Virus record (IMG/VR): IMGVR_UViG_3300002144_000620
Location: 64,001 to 128,000 of that record
Strand: one strand, 5' to 3'
Length of the DNA stretch: 64,000 nt
Source of the DNA: a virus
Shown: piece by piece, positions 9,109 through 18,212 of the stretch
Numbering within the stretch: the first letter of the stretch is position 1
How the letters are laid out: every line of letters begins with the position of its first letter
Position numbers and translations under genes: made by a program
Notes under the pieces: generated by a model
The model's input: only the letters and a program-made list of their open reading frames with translations
What the model was told of the DNA's origin: nothing
Databases searched by the model: none

Positions 9109-12100
9109 ATGAGTCTTAATAGTATTTCAGAAGAATTCAGAAATGAAATTCTAAATTTAAACTTACAGTCACCACCTGACATTGTAACTGGTTTAGTTAA
9201 CTTAACTAATTCGGTAACAATTAATGCATACCTAAGTTCTTTAGGTCAATACGCTGTTATACACGATTATAAAGTACTTAATCCAGGTGATGTTGATACT
9301 GATGGTATACCAACAAGAAACGCTAATTTCAGTAGAACATTAAACACGCCAACTGATATATCAAATGGTTTAAGTGATTTAACCTCTAACCAGCAATATG
9401 TTGCTAATATAGTTAATAGTAAGGGTCAATTAACTGTTATAAATGATTACGCAAACACTAATCCTAGTGATGTTTTAACAGAAGCTGTAACACCTAGAAC
9501 AACCGATATATTAAAAAACTTAAATACACCAATAGATATTACAACAGGTCTAAATGACTTATCACCAAATGCCGCTATAGCGTCACAGTATTTATCTGGT
9601 AGAGGTTCGTTTAGTATTATAAACGATTTTAACGTAATTAATCCTGGTGACGTATTAACAGACGCTATAGCACCAAGAAATTTAGATATAGCAAAAAACT
9701 TAAACACACCAATAGATATCACAACAGGTATAAATGATTTATCACCAAATGGCACTATAGCATCACAATATTTATCAGGTAGAGGCTCATTTAGTATTAT
9801 AAACGATTTTAACGTAATTAATCCTGGTGATGTATTAACAGACGCTATAGCACCAAGAACATTAGATTTCTCTAGAAACCTAAATACACCAACAGACATA
9901 ACAGCTGGTGTAAACGATTTAACACCAAACACATTACTAGCGGCCCAATATTTATCAGGCAGAGGTTCATTTAGTGTTATAAACGATTTTATTGTTAATA
10001 ACCCTGGAGATGTATTAACAGACGCTGTAACACCAAGAACTTTAAACTTCTTACAAACACTTAATACACCTACCGATATAACAACAGGTGTAAATACACT
10101 AAGCGGTGCTTATGCCGCCCAATACTTATCTGGAAAAGGAGCGTTCACTGCTATAAACACATTTCCAAATGTTAATCCTGGTGATGTATTAACAGATGCA
10201 GTAACACCAAGAAATTTAAACTTTTCTCACGGACTAAATACACCAACCGACATCACAACAGGTATAAACACCTTAAGTGGTGCGTTTGCAGCACAATACT
10301 TATCTGGACGAGGAGCGTTTACAGTTATTAACGATTACATTAATACTAATCCAGGTGACGTTGTTAACGCAGCCACAGCACCTAGAGCATTAAACTTTTC
10401 ACATACTTTAAACACACCTTTAGATATAACAGTAGGTGTAAATACCTTAAGTGGTTCATTTGCAGCCCAATACTTATCAGGTAAAGGTTTAGGTACAGTA
10501 ATTAACGATTTCATTAATGTAAACCCTGGTGATACCGTAACGGACGCATTAGTACCCAGAACATTAAATTTAAATAAAAACCTTAATACACCTCTAGATA
10601 TCACAACAGGGTTACTTAACTTAAGTGGTTCATTTGCAGCACAATATTTAGCTGGTAGAGGTTTTGATACGATAGTAAATGATTTTAACGTAATTAATCC
10701 AGGTGATGTTGAAACAGAAGCCCTATTACCAAGAACGTTAAATTTAAGTATGACTCTAACAACACCTTTAGATATTACAACAGGTATAGGTACTTTAACA
10801 GCTAACGGTACTTTAACAGCACAATATTTAGCTGGTAGAGGTACACCAACAGTAATAAACGTTTTACCGAATGTAAATCCTGGTGATGTTCAAACTAATG
10901 CTGGACCATTGAGAATAAGTTTATTTTCTTTAAATCTGGTACCAGACCCTAATGACGCAACAGATTCATACACTTTAGCGAATCCAGGTACAGTAGCAAT
11001 CGGATCTGATACGATAATAAATAATTTTACTGTAAATAACCAAGAGGAATTAACACCTTTACAATTACAGTACTTAAATGCTAATTCTAAAAATCTATAC
11101 CAGCCAGAAAATCCAGTTGTTTACGATATATTAGCTGATTTAATATTAAATCAATCACCCAATACACAGCAAAATCCTTATGTAACTGAAGATATGTTAA
11201 AAAACGCTGACCCAACTCAATTGGTTTTAGCTGATTTCCTTAACTTACCAACAGCTTCAACACCTCTAAGCGTTTTACTCGGTACCGATTTAAATTTAGC
11301 TAATTTATTAACCGAACCTGGTATAAAAAATGATACTCTATTAGCTCAAATAGGTGCTTTAGAGCTCAAGTTTCATTTAGAAGCTAGGCTTGCCGCTAAA
11401 TTAGCTTCGGAGACCTTAGGTTGGACTACAATCGATGATATGTTAACTAACCCATTAAAGATAGCAGAAGCGCTTAAAAACCCATCTTCTGTCCTTGAAA
11501 GAGGTAATGCTGATATAACAACATTTAAAGGTGGTTTAGGTAAGTTAGCTAGTTTTATTTCTGACGTTAGCGGTTTAGGTGGTTTATCTTCCGCATTCTT
11601 TAAAGACGATTCAGTTTTATTAAAACCAACTGGAGTCGAAGATTATGATTCAGACCAAAAGTTAAGGAATAGAGATATCGATAGATTGGAAGAAACTGGT
11701 AAAGGTCAAAGATTCATGGCTTTTTCTAATTTAACGTTAAATAAATATATACCAGACTATGTCAGCCAATTAACAAACATTAGTGGTAGTAGAACATACA
11801 AAAGATTAAGAAAAGGACAAGGTGAAAACCATGAAGAAGACAAATCGTATTTAGGTAATGCCACCCAAAGAATATTCGACCTACTTACAGATGGGTCTGG
11901 TAATCAGGTTAAACCAACCGCTGAGATAACTAAACTTTTAATAGAAAATAACAAATATTCAGAACCTGGTGTTGAAAATGTATCATCATACGGATCGTTA
12001 CAAACATCTTTTATATGGCGAGGCACTACAGAAGAAAGATACTGGAACCCTTTAACAGGTGGATATACAAAAGATAACAAAAATGACGATAGAGCTACTT

Positions 12101-15100
12101 TTAAATGGAATAAAAACTTAGAACAAAGTAATCTATCAGTATCGAAAACATTCCGTGATAATTCAATAATGGGTAAAACACAAGAATTATTGAATTCTAG
12201 TGAAAACAATGTTATGTTAAGGTCAATCGATCAAACAAAAACAAAATTTAGTGATGGGTATAATTTTGCGTCAAAAGGTAGTGGTGTTATATCACCATTT
12301 AAAAAATCTAGATTAAATACAAATAACGAAGTTATTGGTTATGATTATTTAGTACCAGGGTTAGACATATCTGGTAAAAGAGATGAACAAAGAATGTACG
12401 ATGAAGTTGAACTTTGTAGAACATGGACAAAAGCTAAACCATTCTCAAAAGTAACTGATTTAATTAGATGGAAAGAATTAAATAGAAAAGAAAGAAATTC
12501 GGTATTAGATAGATATGGTAATCTAAACATACACCCATCAGCACTAAACGTAAATGAAGGTTACGGTAGACTAGGTGATGGGTTAGGCGATGCTGTTGTT
12601 GAAGGCTTCGGTGAGAAAAGAGCTAGAAAATATATGTTTTCATTAGAGAATTTAGCCTGGAGAGACGCAACACTATTTAAAGACTTACCACCATGTGAAA
12701 AAGGTTCAAATGGCGGTAGAGTTATGTGGTTCCCACCATACAACATGAGATTTACCGATGACACCAATACTAATTGGACTACACATCAATTTTTAGGTAG
12801 ACCAGAACCAATATATACTTACAATAACACCGAAAGAAGCGGCACTTTATCTTGGGATATAGTTGTCGATCACCCATCGGTATTGAATTTATTGGTATCT
12901 AAAGAATTCGCATCAATAACGGATGGAGAGGTTGATGAATTATTAGCCGCTTTCTGGTCAGGTTGTTTAGAATATGATATATTTGAATTAGCTAGAATAT
13001 GGGGTGTATTTACCGATTCAGACATCGAATACTTTAAAAAAGTTATAGCTGACCTAGATATTAGATTACCTAACGAAAAAGTTAGGAATGCAGTTAAGAG
13101 CAGCGGTTCGTTTAAAAGTAAAACTGTTCAAATAGAATCAAACGAAACTATTCAACCGTTTATACCAGATTTTAACCTTTTCTTTGAAAACGATACACCT
13201 CTACCAAAGAGTGGTTATAAAACTACCGATGATTTTAAGGTAGAACCTTTTAACACTTATTTCGAAACATATAGAAAGTTAGCTAGTATGGAAGATGAAA
13301 ATGCCCCTATAGCAAAAGAAAATCATAGATACAAAAGAGCTGAAGCGAGAGGTGAATCTGTTCCTGTAGAAGCTAAATGGATTAGATATGATCAAACTAT
13401 AGGTACTAAGAGTAATACGGATCAACATTATTTCTTCGAAAAAGATAGAGAAAAGTTTATTTCAAAAGCATTTGGTTATGATGAACAATACGAAAAGATT
13501 CAAACTGATATATCAAATCTAACAGCATCAACATACGCTGCTGTTAAAGACTATAATCTTTCGGTAATCATGGAGGCTCACGCATCCCCAACAGCACCAG
13601 GACCAACAACAACAGCGATTCAAGAGTACAATGATAAACTAGCCTCTAGAAGATTCGTATCTGTTGTAAAATGGTTGGTTTTAAATGTTTTATCTAACAA
13701 TTCTAACAGTACAATTAAATGCTATAACATAACTGATGGTGCTGAAATAACAGAATCAAATATTAATAAGTTATTTAATGATGACCTAGAATTATCAAGT
13801 AACGTTGAGATACAAAGAGGTGATATCAACGAACCTAGTGTTAGACAAAAAATAACATTTACAGTAACAGCTGCCTCAGGTCTAACAACAGATGATGTAT
13901 TTGGATCAGATGAGTTTATAAATCTTTTTGGTACACCTAGTGTGGATAACGTGACAGGTGTTCAATATTACAAAGTATCTTATGGTAACGACACGTATTA
14001 CGCTGTTGCAACAAAAGACGAATTCGATAAAATAAAAGACAATTTTAAACCAAATGGTACTTTAATTGATAAGAAATTCATTGGTACATTTCTATCTGTT
14101 AGATCCAAAACGGGTGGTGGTGTAACAGGGGTTAAATTGACACAAGCTGATATTATATGTGGTAATTTATCACCACAAGCATCATATTCTAGACGTGTTT
14201 CTTTTATTACAGAGTTAGATGAAAAAGAACTTAAAATTGAAAGAACACCACCTAAAAACGAGCAACCACCTTTAATACTTGAAAGTAAAAATGTACAGAC
14301 TAACGTAACTAAAAGAGAGATAGCACAAAGAATTCTAGGTAAATTACTTACGGAATGTGATTATTTTGAATTCTTATCAGAAGAGGCACCGATTGTATAT
14401 GACAGTTTAAAACAAAAATTAAAATATTTTACACCAGCATTTCACTCAATGACACCAGAGGGTTTAAACGCTAGATTAACATTTTTACAACAATGTATGA
14501 GACCTGGTGAAACCATAACAAAAAGTAATGGTACTAGTTGTGATGCTAAAAATAGTAGTTTTGGTAGACCACCAGTTTGTGTATTAAGGATAGGTGACTT
14601 CTACCACACTAAAATTATTATTAATAACCTTAACATTAGTTACGACCCATTATTATTCGATTTAAATCCAGAAGGTATAGGTGTACAACCTATGTTAGCT
14701 AAAGTTAGTATTAATTTTAAATATATAGGTGGTCAAGGTCTTAGAAGATATGTCGATGAATTACAGACAGCTTTGTCATTTAACTATTATGCAAATACTG
14801 ACGTATACGATGAAAGAACATTTGCCAATACAGATGCTAGAGAAAGAGATTTAATAAATCTAGAACAAGATTTCTTTGCACAAAATAGTTTAGATTTAAT
14901 ACCTATTGTAAACCAAGCTGAACTCATAACACCAAGTACAGAAAACTTAGAAATACCAGTTGGTACAATAGGTGTTATAAGTACCAGACTCTTACCTAAA
15001 TTAGCTGGGGGTACTTATTATAATGATTTGGTTGGTGCAACACCATTTAGTTCTAACGTATCTTCATATAATCCAGAATCTTGTGTTACATGGCAAGGAC

Positions 15101-17880
15101 AATATTACGTTAGAAACACAACTAAAATAGTTACCGAAGGACTTAAACCAGAACCTACTGATACTAAATATTGGACAGCAATTGACCATTCAAATTTTGG
15201 TGAATTAGCATTTAGAGAAGAATATGGTAGAAACTACATACAAAGATATGAGATAAAATATGATGGTTTATTTACAGAAATGTATAAAACTTTTGGTGAA
15301 TATACTAATTTATTAGTTTACGGATCAACCAATGGTTTAGGTATAGACCCAACTGGTTTTGTCGTAACAAAATCTGATACAAAATCAGGAACAAGTATTG
15401 GTGAAAGATATAGAATAGTATCTGATATACTAAAAAATAAAAATTACAATACACTAATAACGGGTGATACAATTTCCTCTTTAATAACCAGTATAAGTGG
15501 TAATACGAATAGTACGTATGAGTCTAGCAGTATAACTGGCTTAACATATGCACAAATATTTAAGGGTGTTGCAACAACAAAGAGATATGATGAACTTGGT
15601 GAAATATTTAAAGAAAACCCATTTTTTATCGGAACAACCAAAACTAGTTTTGATCAATTCGAGGCGTTAAAACTAAATTTACACCCCCAAGAATACATGT
15701 TTAAAGTTGGTGATGGACTAGGTTTACCGTACAATTTCCAGCAAAAAAATAGTAGTTCATTGGGTGATAACGGTATGAGTACTAAATTCTTTCCAGGTAA
15801 TTTAACAAACGGATATTCGAATAATAGAGCAGATGCTTATTCTGAAACTGGTGGGGTATTCCTAAAAGGAATTAATAAATCTAGTAGAATATACCAAGGA
15901 ATAATAGATAATTTTGCTGATGAATTTAAAACAAAAATAGCGTTAAATACTTTAGCCATATGGAGTGATACATTAGAACCAACGTTAACAACATTTAATA
16001 ACTTCCATACCGATTTGGATGACGCTCATAGAATAATGTTTAAAACATACTTAAACGAAAAATTCTCTAGCTACTATTCAATGTTAACTAATTATAACAC
16101 TGAATCTAACAATGATCTTAATGATAAGATTGCTAAAATAAGTGTTATATTAGCTGGCTTATCATTACCAGCTTACGGTTATGACGCAAAATACACTGAA
16201 GATGGTAAGGCTCAGCTATACGAAATAATACCCAATGGTAAAAAGTTAACAACAGATGTTGTCAGTGGTAATATGTTTGGTTACGATCCGTATAAACAAT
16301 ACAAAAAATTAGGGTACACAGGTGGTGAGTTATTAACATTTAAAGATGTTGACAATATTTTCAAAAAATCATCATTTGGATCATGGGCATGGGGCGGCAC
16401 ACCTATGGTGGATTCCATATCTATAGAAGATTACATGTCTCTAGGTAATGGTTTGTATTTCTTTAAACAACAAACAAACACATACACAAAAGGTGATCTA
16501 GAAACAACGAATACTAACCTAGAGTATGATAGAAACATGGAATACATATCAAAAGAATTTGGTTATGAAAATATATCTGATCTACCATTCCAATATGATT
16601 TTGATAATACTTTACCTAAATCCATTCATTTATCCGTAGATAGTTCAATAACAGGGTTAACTAAAAATTACTTCTTTGACACACCATTTTCATTTAACCC
16701 AGGTGAATACGGTACAGAGACTTCATTAGAAACCAAAGCTAATAATTTAGTTATGAGATCACCACAAGGTACTATAATCAATGAAGCTGCAAATGTTTTT
16801 AATACTAATGATTATAAAATGACATATGTATGGGAAAAATTAAATTATGAAATTTTAGACTTTAGTAATAAAACTTTAGATCTAATGTTATCTGATAATT
16901 TAGAAACAGAACTAAACGATCTTGATTTTACTTATACACCGTTATATGAATTTGATACACAACTAGATGAGTTAATTATTAGTGGTTCAATAAGTGGTAC
17001 AACAACAGGTACAACAACAGGTACAACAACAGGTACAACAACAAATATTGGTAATACATTATTTTACTATGGTGACAATAAAAAACCTAACGATAATATA
17101 AAAACATTAAATTATTATTTATTTAACGAAAGCAACCCTAACATTACTGGTACCGATTTAGTAATTACATTATCAAACCTAAATAACGCTTTAGCTTATA
17201 ATTACACAATAAACGATTCGTTTATATCAGCATTACCGACAAGTAATAAAAATAAAATATATTTAGATATCGTTGGCTCAGTTAACCCTAGTTTAATTAA
17301 AATGTCAGGTATGTGTGAATTAATATTTTTAGAATTTTTACATGAATTAAGTCAAAATAAATCACTACATATTGAATCTTTAGATAAAATCTTTAGTGAA
17401 TCAATAGCTGTACCAGCTAATATAAAAAGTGACGATAAGAAAAACAAAGCCTATAGAGATAAAAAGAAAAAGAAAATTAAAAAAGTATTGGTTGATACGT
17501 TTAATTTAATTGATAAACTCATTAACTCATATAGTTCAGATGTATTAGATTTGTACATCTATAATAATGATGTTAAAGACAATACGGCTAAAAATATTAA
17601 TAAAAATGTTTTTGGTAACGAATCTACCACACTATTATCTACAAAAGAGATACAGGATAATTTAATTAAGGGTAGTGTTGACGACTACACATTAGTTATG
17701 AGAGAAACTAGTAAATTAGATGATACAATAATTAAAAACCTAAAAATCTTTACAAAGTATAAAAATAACCCTATTATTAATATAGGGACAGCATTAGAAC
17801 CTATAACTGAGCCTAAACCAACGACAACAAAGTTGGCACAACAATACAAAGAGGTTTATGGTTTAGAACCAAATAAATAA
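9109..17880 (+). CDS. Giant (2923 aa) baseplate/tail-tube-initiator-like protein with N-terminal repeats and an OmpA-like insert
   Basis: Tube-initiator-type blocks FTDDTNTNW...FLGRPEPIYTYNNTERSGTLSW and PPVCVLRIGDFYHTKIIINNLNISYD...QPMLAKVSINF. Position between TMP and LysM/gp53 matches the gp48/54 slot. Confidence 0.6.
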   Translation: MSLNSISEEFRNEILNLNLQSPPDIVTGLVNLTNSVTINAYLSSLGQYAVIHDYKVLNPGDVDTDGIPTRNANFSRTLNTPTDISNGLSDLTSNQQYVANIVNSKGQLTVINDYANTNPSDVLTEAVTPRTTDILKNLNTPIDITTGLNDLSPNAAIASQYLSGRGSFSIINDFNVINPGDVLTDAIAPRNLDIAKNLNTPIDITTGINDLSPNGTIASQYLSGRGSFSIINDFNVINPGDVLTDAIAPRTLDFSRNLNTPTDITAGVNDLTPNTLLAAQYLSGRGSFSVINDFIVNNPGDVLTDAVTPRTLNFLQTLNTPTDITTGVNTLSGAYAAQYLSGKGAFTAINTFPNVNPGDVLTDAVTPRNLNFSHGLNTPTDITTGINTLSGAFAAQYLSGRGAFTVINDYINTNPGDVVNAATAPRALNFSHTLNTPLDITVGVNTLSGSFAAQYLSGKGLGTVINDFINVNPGDTVTDALVPRTLNLNKNLNTPLDITTGLLNLSGSFAAQYLAGRGFDTIVNDFNVINPGDVETEALLPRTLNLSMTLTTPLDITTGIGTLTANGTLTAQYLAGRGTPTVINVLPNVNPGDVQTNAGPLRISLFSLNLVPDPNDATDSYTLANPGTVAIGSDTIINNFTVNNQEELTPLQLQYLNANSKNLYQPENPVVYDILADLILNQSPNTQQNPYVTEDMLKNADPTQLVLADFLNLPTASTPLSVLLGTDLNLANLLTEPGIKNDTLLAQIGALELKFHLEARLAAKLASETLGWTTIDDMLTNPLKIAEALKNPSSVLERGNADITTFKGGLGKLASFISDVSGLGGLSSAFFKDDSVLLKPTGVEDYDSDQKLRNRDIDRLEETGKGQRFMAFSNLTLNKYIPDYVSQLTNISGSRTYKRLRKGQGENHEEDKSYLGNATQRIFDLLTDGSGNQVKPTAEITKLLIENNKYSEPGVENVSSYGSLQTSFIWRGTTEERYWNPLTGGYTKDNKNDDRATFKWNKNLEQSNLSVSKTFRDNSIMGKTQELLNSSENNVMLRSIDQTKTKFSDGYNFASKGSGVISPFKKSRLNTNNEVIGYDYLVPGLDISGKRDEQRMYDEVELCRTWTKAKPFSKVTDLIRWKELNRKERNSVLDRYGNLNIHPSALNVNEGYGRLGDGLGDAVVEGFGEKRARKYMFSLENLAWRDATLFKDLPPCEKGSNGGRVMWFPPYNMRFTDDTNTNWTTHQFLGRPEPIYTYNNTERSGTLSWDIVVDHPSVLNLLVSKEFASITDGEVDELLAAFWSGCLEYDIFELARIWGVFTDSDIEYFKKVIADLDIRLPNEKVRNAVKSSGSFKSKTVQIESNETIQPFIPDFNLFFENDTPLPKSGYKTTDDFKVEPFNTYFETYRKLASMEDENAPIAKENHRYKRAEARGESVPVEAKWIRYDQTIGTKSNTDQHYFFEKDREKFISKAFGYDEQYEKIQTDISNLTASTYAAVKDYNLSVIMEAHASPTAPGPTTTAIQEYNDKLASRRFVSVVKWLVLNVLSNNSNSTIKCYNITDGAEITESNINKLFNDDLELSSNVEIQRGDINEPSVRQKITFTVTAASGLTTDDVFGSDEFINLFGTPSVDNVTGVQYYKVSYGNDTYYAVATKDEFDKIKDNFKPNGTLIDKKFIGTFLSVRSKTGGGVTGVKLTQADIICGNLSPQASYSRRVSFITELDEKELKIERTPPKNEQPPLILESKNVQTNVTKREIAQRILGKLLTECDYFEFLSEEAPIVYDSLKQKLKYFTPAFHSMTPEGLNARLTFLQQCMRPGETITKSNGTSCDAKNSSFGRPPVCVLRIGDFYHTKIIINNLNISYDPLLFDLNPEGIGVQPMLAKVSINFKYIGGQGLRRYVDELQTALSFNYYANTDVYDERTFANTDARERDLINLEQDFFAQNSLDLIPIVNQAELITPSTENLEIPVGTIGVISTRLLPKLAGGTYYNDLVGATPFSSNVSSYNPESCVTWQGQYYVRNTTKIVTEGLKPEPTDTKYWTAIDHSNFGELAFREEYGRNYIQRYEIKYDGLFTEMYKTFGEYTNLLVYGSTNGLGIDPTGFVVTKSDTKSGTSIGERYRIVSDILKNKNYNTLITGDTISSLITSISGNTNSTYESSSITGLTYAQIFKGVATTKRYDELGEIFKENPFFIGTTKTSFDQFEALKLNLHPQEYMFKVGDGLGLPYNFQQKNSSSLGDNGMSTKFFPGNLTNGYSNNRADAYSETGGVFLKGINKSSRIYQGIIDNFADEFKTKIALNTLAIWSDTLEPTLTTFNNFHTDLDDAHRIMFKTYLNEKFSSYYSMLTNYNTESNNDLNDKIAKISVILAGLSLPAYGYDAKYTEDGKAQLYEIIPNGKKLTTDVVSGNMFGYDPYKQYKKLGYTGGELLTFKDVDNIFKKSSFGSWAWGGTPMVDSISIEDYMSLGNGLYFFKQQTNTYTKGDLETTNTNLEYDRNMEYISKEFGYENISDLPFQYDFDNTLPKSIHLSVDSSITGLTKNYFFDTPFSFNPGEYGTETSLETKANNLVMRSPQGTIINEAANVFNTNDYKMTYVWEKLNYEILDFSNKTLDLMLSDNLETELNDLDFTYTPLYEFDTQLDELIISGSISGTTTGTTTGTTTGTTTNIGNTLFYYGDNKKPNDNIKTLNYYLFNESNPNITGTDLVITLSNLNNALAYNYTINDSFISALPTSNKNKIYLDIVGSVNPSLIKMSGMCELIFLEFLHELSQNKSLHIESLDKIFSESIAVPANIKSDDKKNKAYRDKKKKKIKKVLVDTFNLIDKLINSYSSDVLDLYIYNNDVKDNTAKNINKNVFGNESTTLLSTKEIQDNLIKGSVDDYTLVMRETSKLDDTIIKNLKIFTKYKNNPIINIGTALEPITEPKPTTTKLAQQYKEVYGLEPNK
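9163..10940 (+). repeat. Coding tandem repeat: 9 full units of 58-60 aa plus partial flanking units
   Basis: NP(G/S)D codons at 9280, 9460, 9640, 9820, 10000, 10174, 10348, 10522, 10696, 10876 (spacing 180 x4, 174 x4, 180). Consensus NPGDV.TDA..PR.L.....LNTP.DITTG.N.L....A.QYL.G.G....INDF. Confidence 0.95.
16996..17043 (+). repeat. Perfect 12-bp tandem repeat x4 (GGTACAACAACA), encoding (GTTT)4
   Basis: Read directly from the sequence. Confidence 0.95.
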
Positions 17881-17888
17881 AAATATAT

Positions 17889-18212
17889 ATGCCTTTAAAT
17901 TATTTTAACAGATACAGAACATTAGATACTGAGGAAAAACATTCGTCAGCACCTTTTGTAAAATTAACGGAAAAATCATCTGATCAATTCACTGTATATA
18001 CAATAGGCAAATCTAGATTAGATAAAATAAGTCAACAATATTACTCAGCACCATATTATGGGTGGTTAATTTTAATGGCCAATCCAGATATCGCACCATC
18101 AGAATGGGAGATACCTGATAATACAACGATAAGAATACCTTTTCCTTTATCTGAAACATTAGGTGAGTACGAAACGAAATTACAAAATAGGGTAGATTAT
18201 TATGGCAATTAA
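17889..18212 (+). CDS. LysM-like baseplate wedge protein (T4 gp53 / P2 gpX-like)
   Basis: RLDKISQQYYSAPYYGWLILMANP...TIRIP is the LysM/gp53 pattern; synteny fits. Confidence 0.8.
   Translation: MPLNYFNRYRTLDTEEKHSSAPFVKLTEKSSDQFTVYTIGKSRLDKISQQYYSAPYYGWLILMANPDIAPSEWEIPDNTTIRIPFPLSETLGEYETKLQNRVDYYGN

Noticed and set aside
9280-10940. CRISPR-like array
   Set aside because: Units are 174-180 bp degenerate in-frame coding repeats without unique spacers; no cas genes
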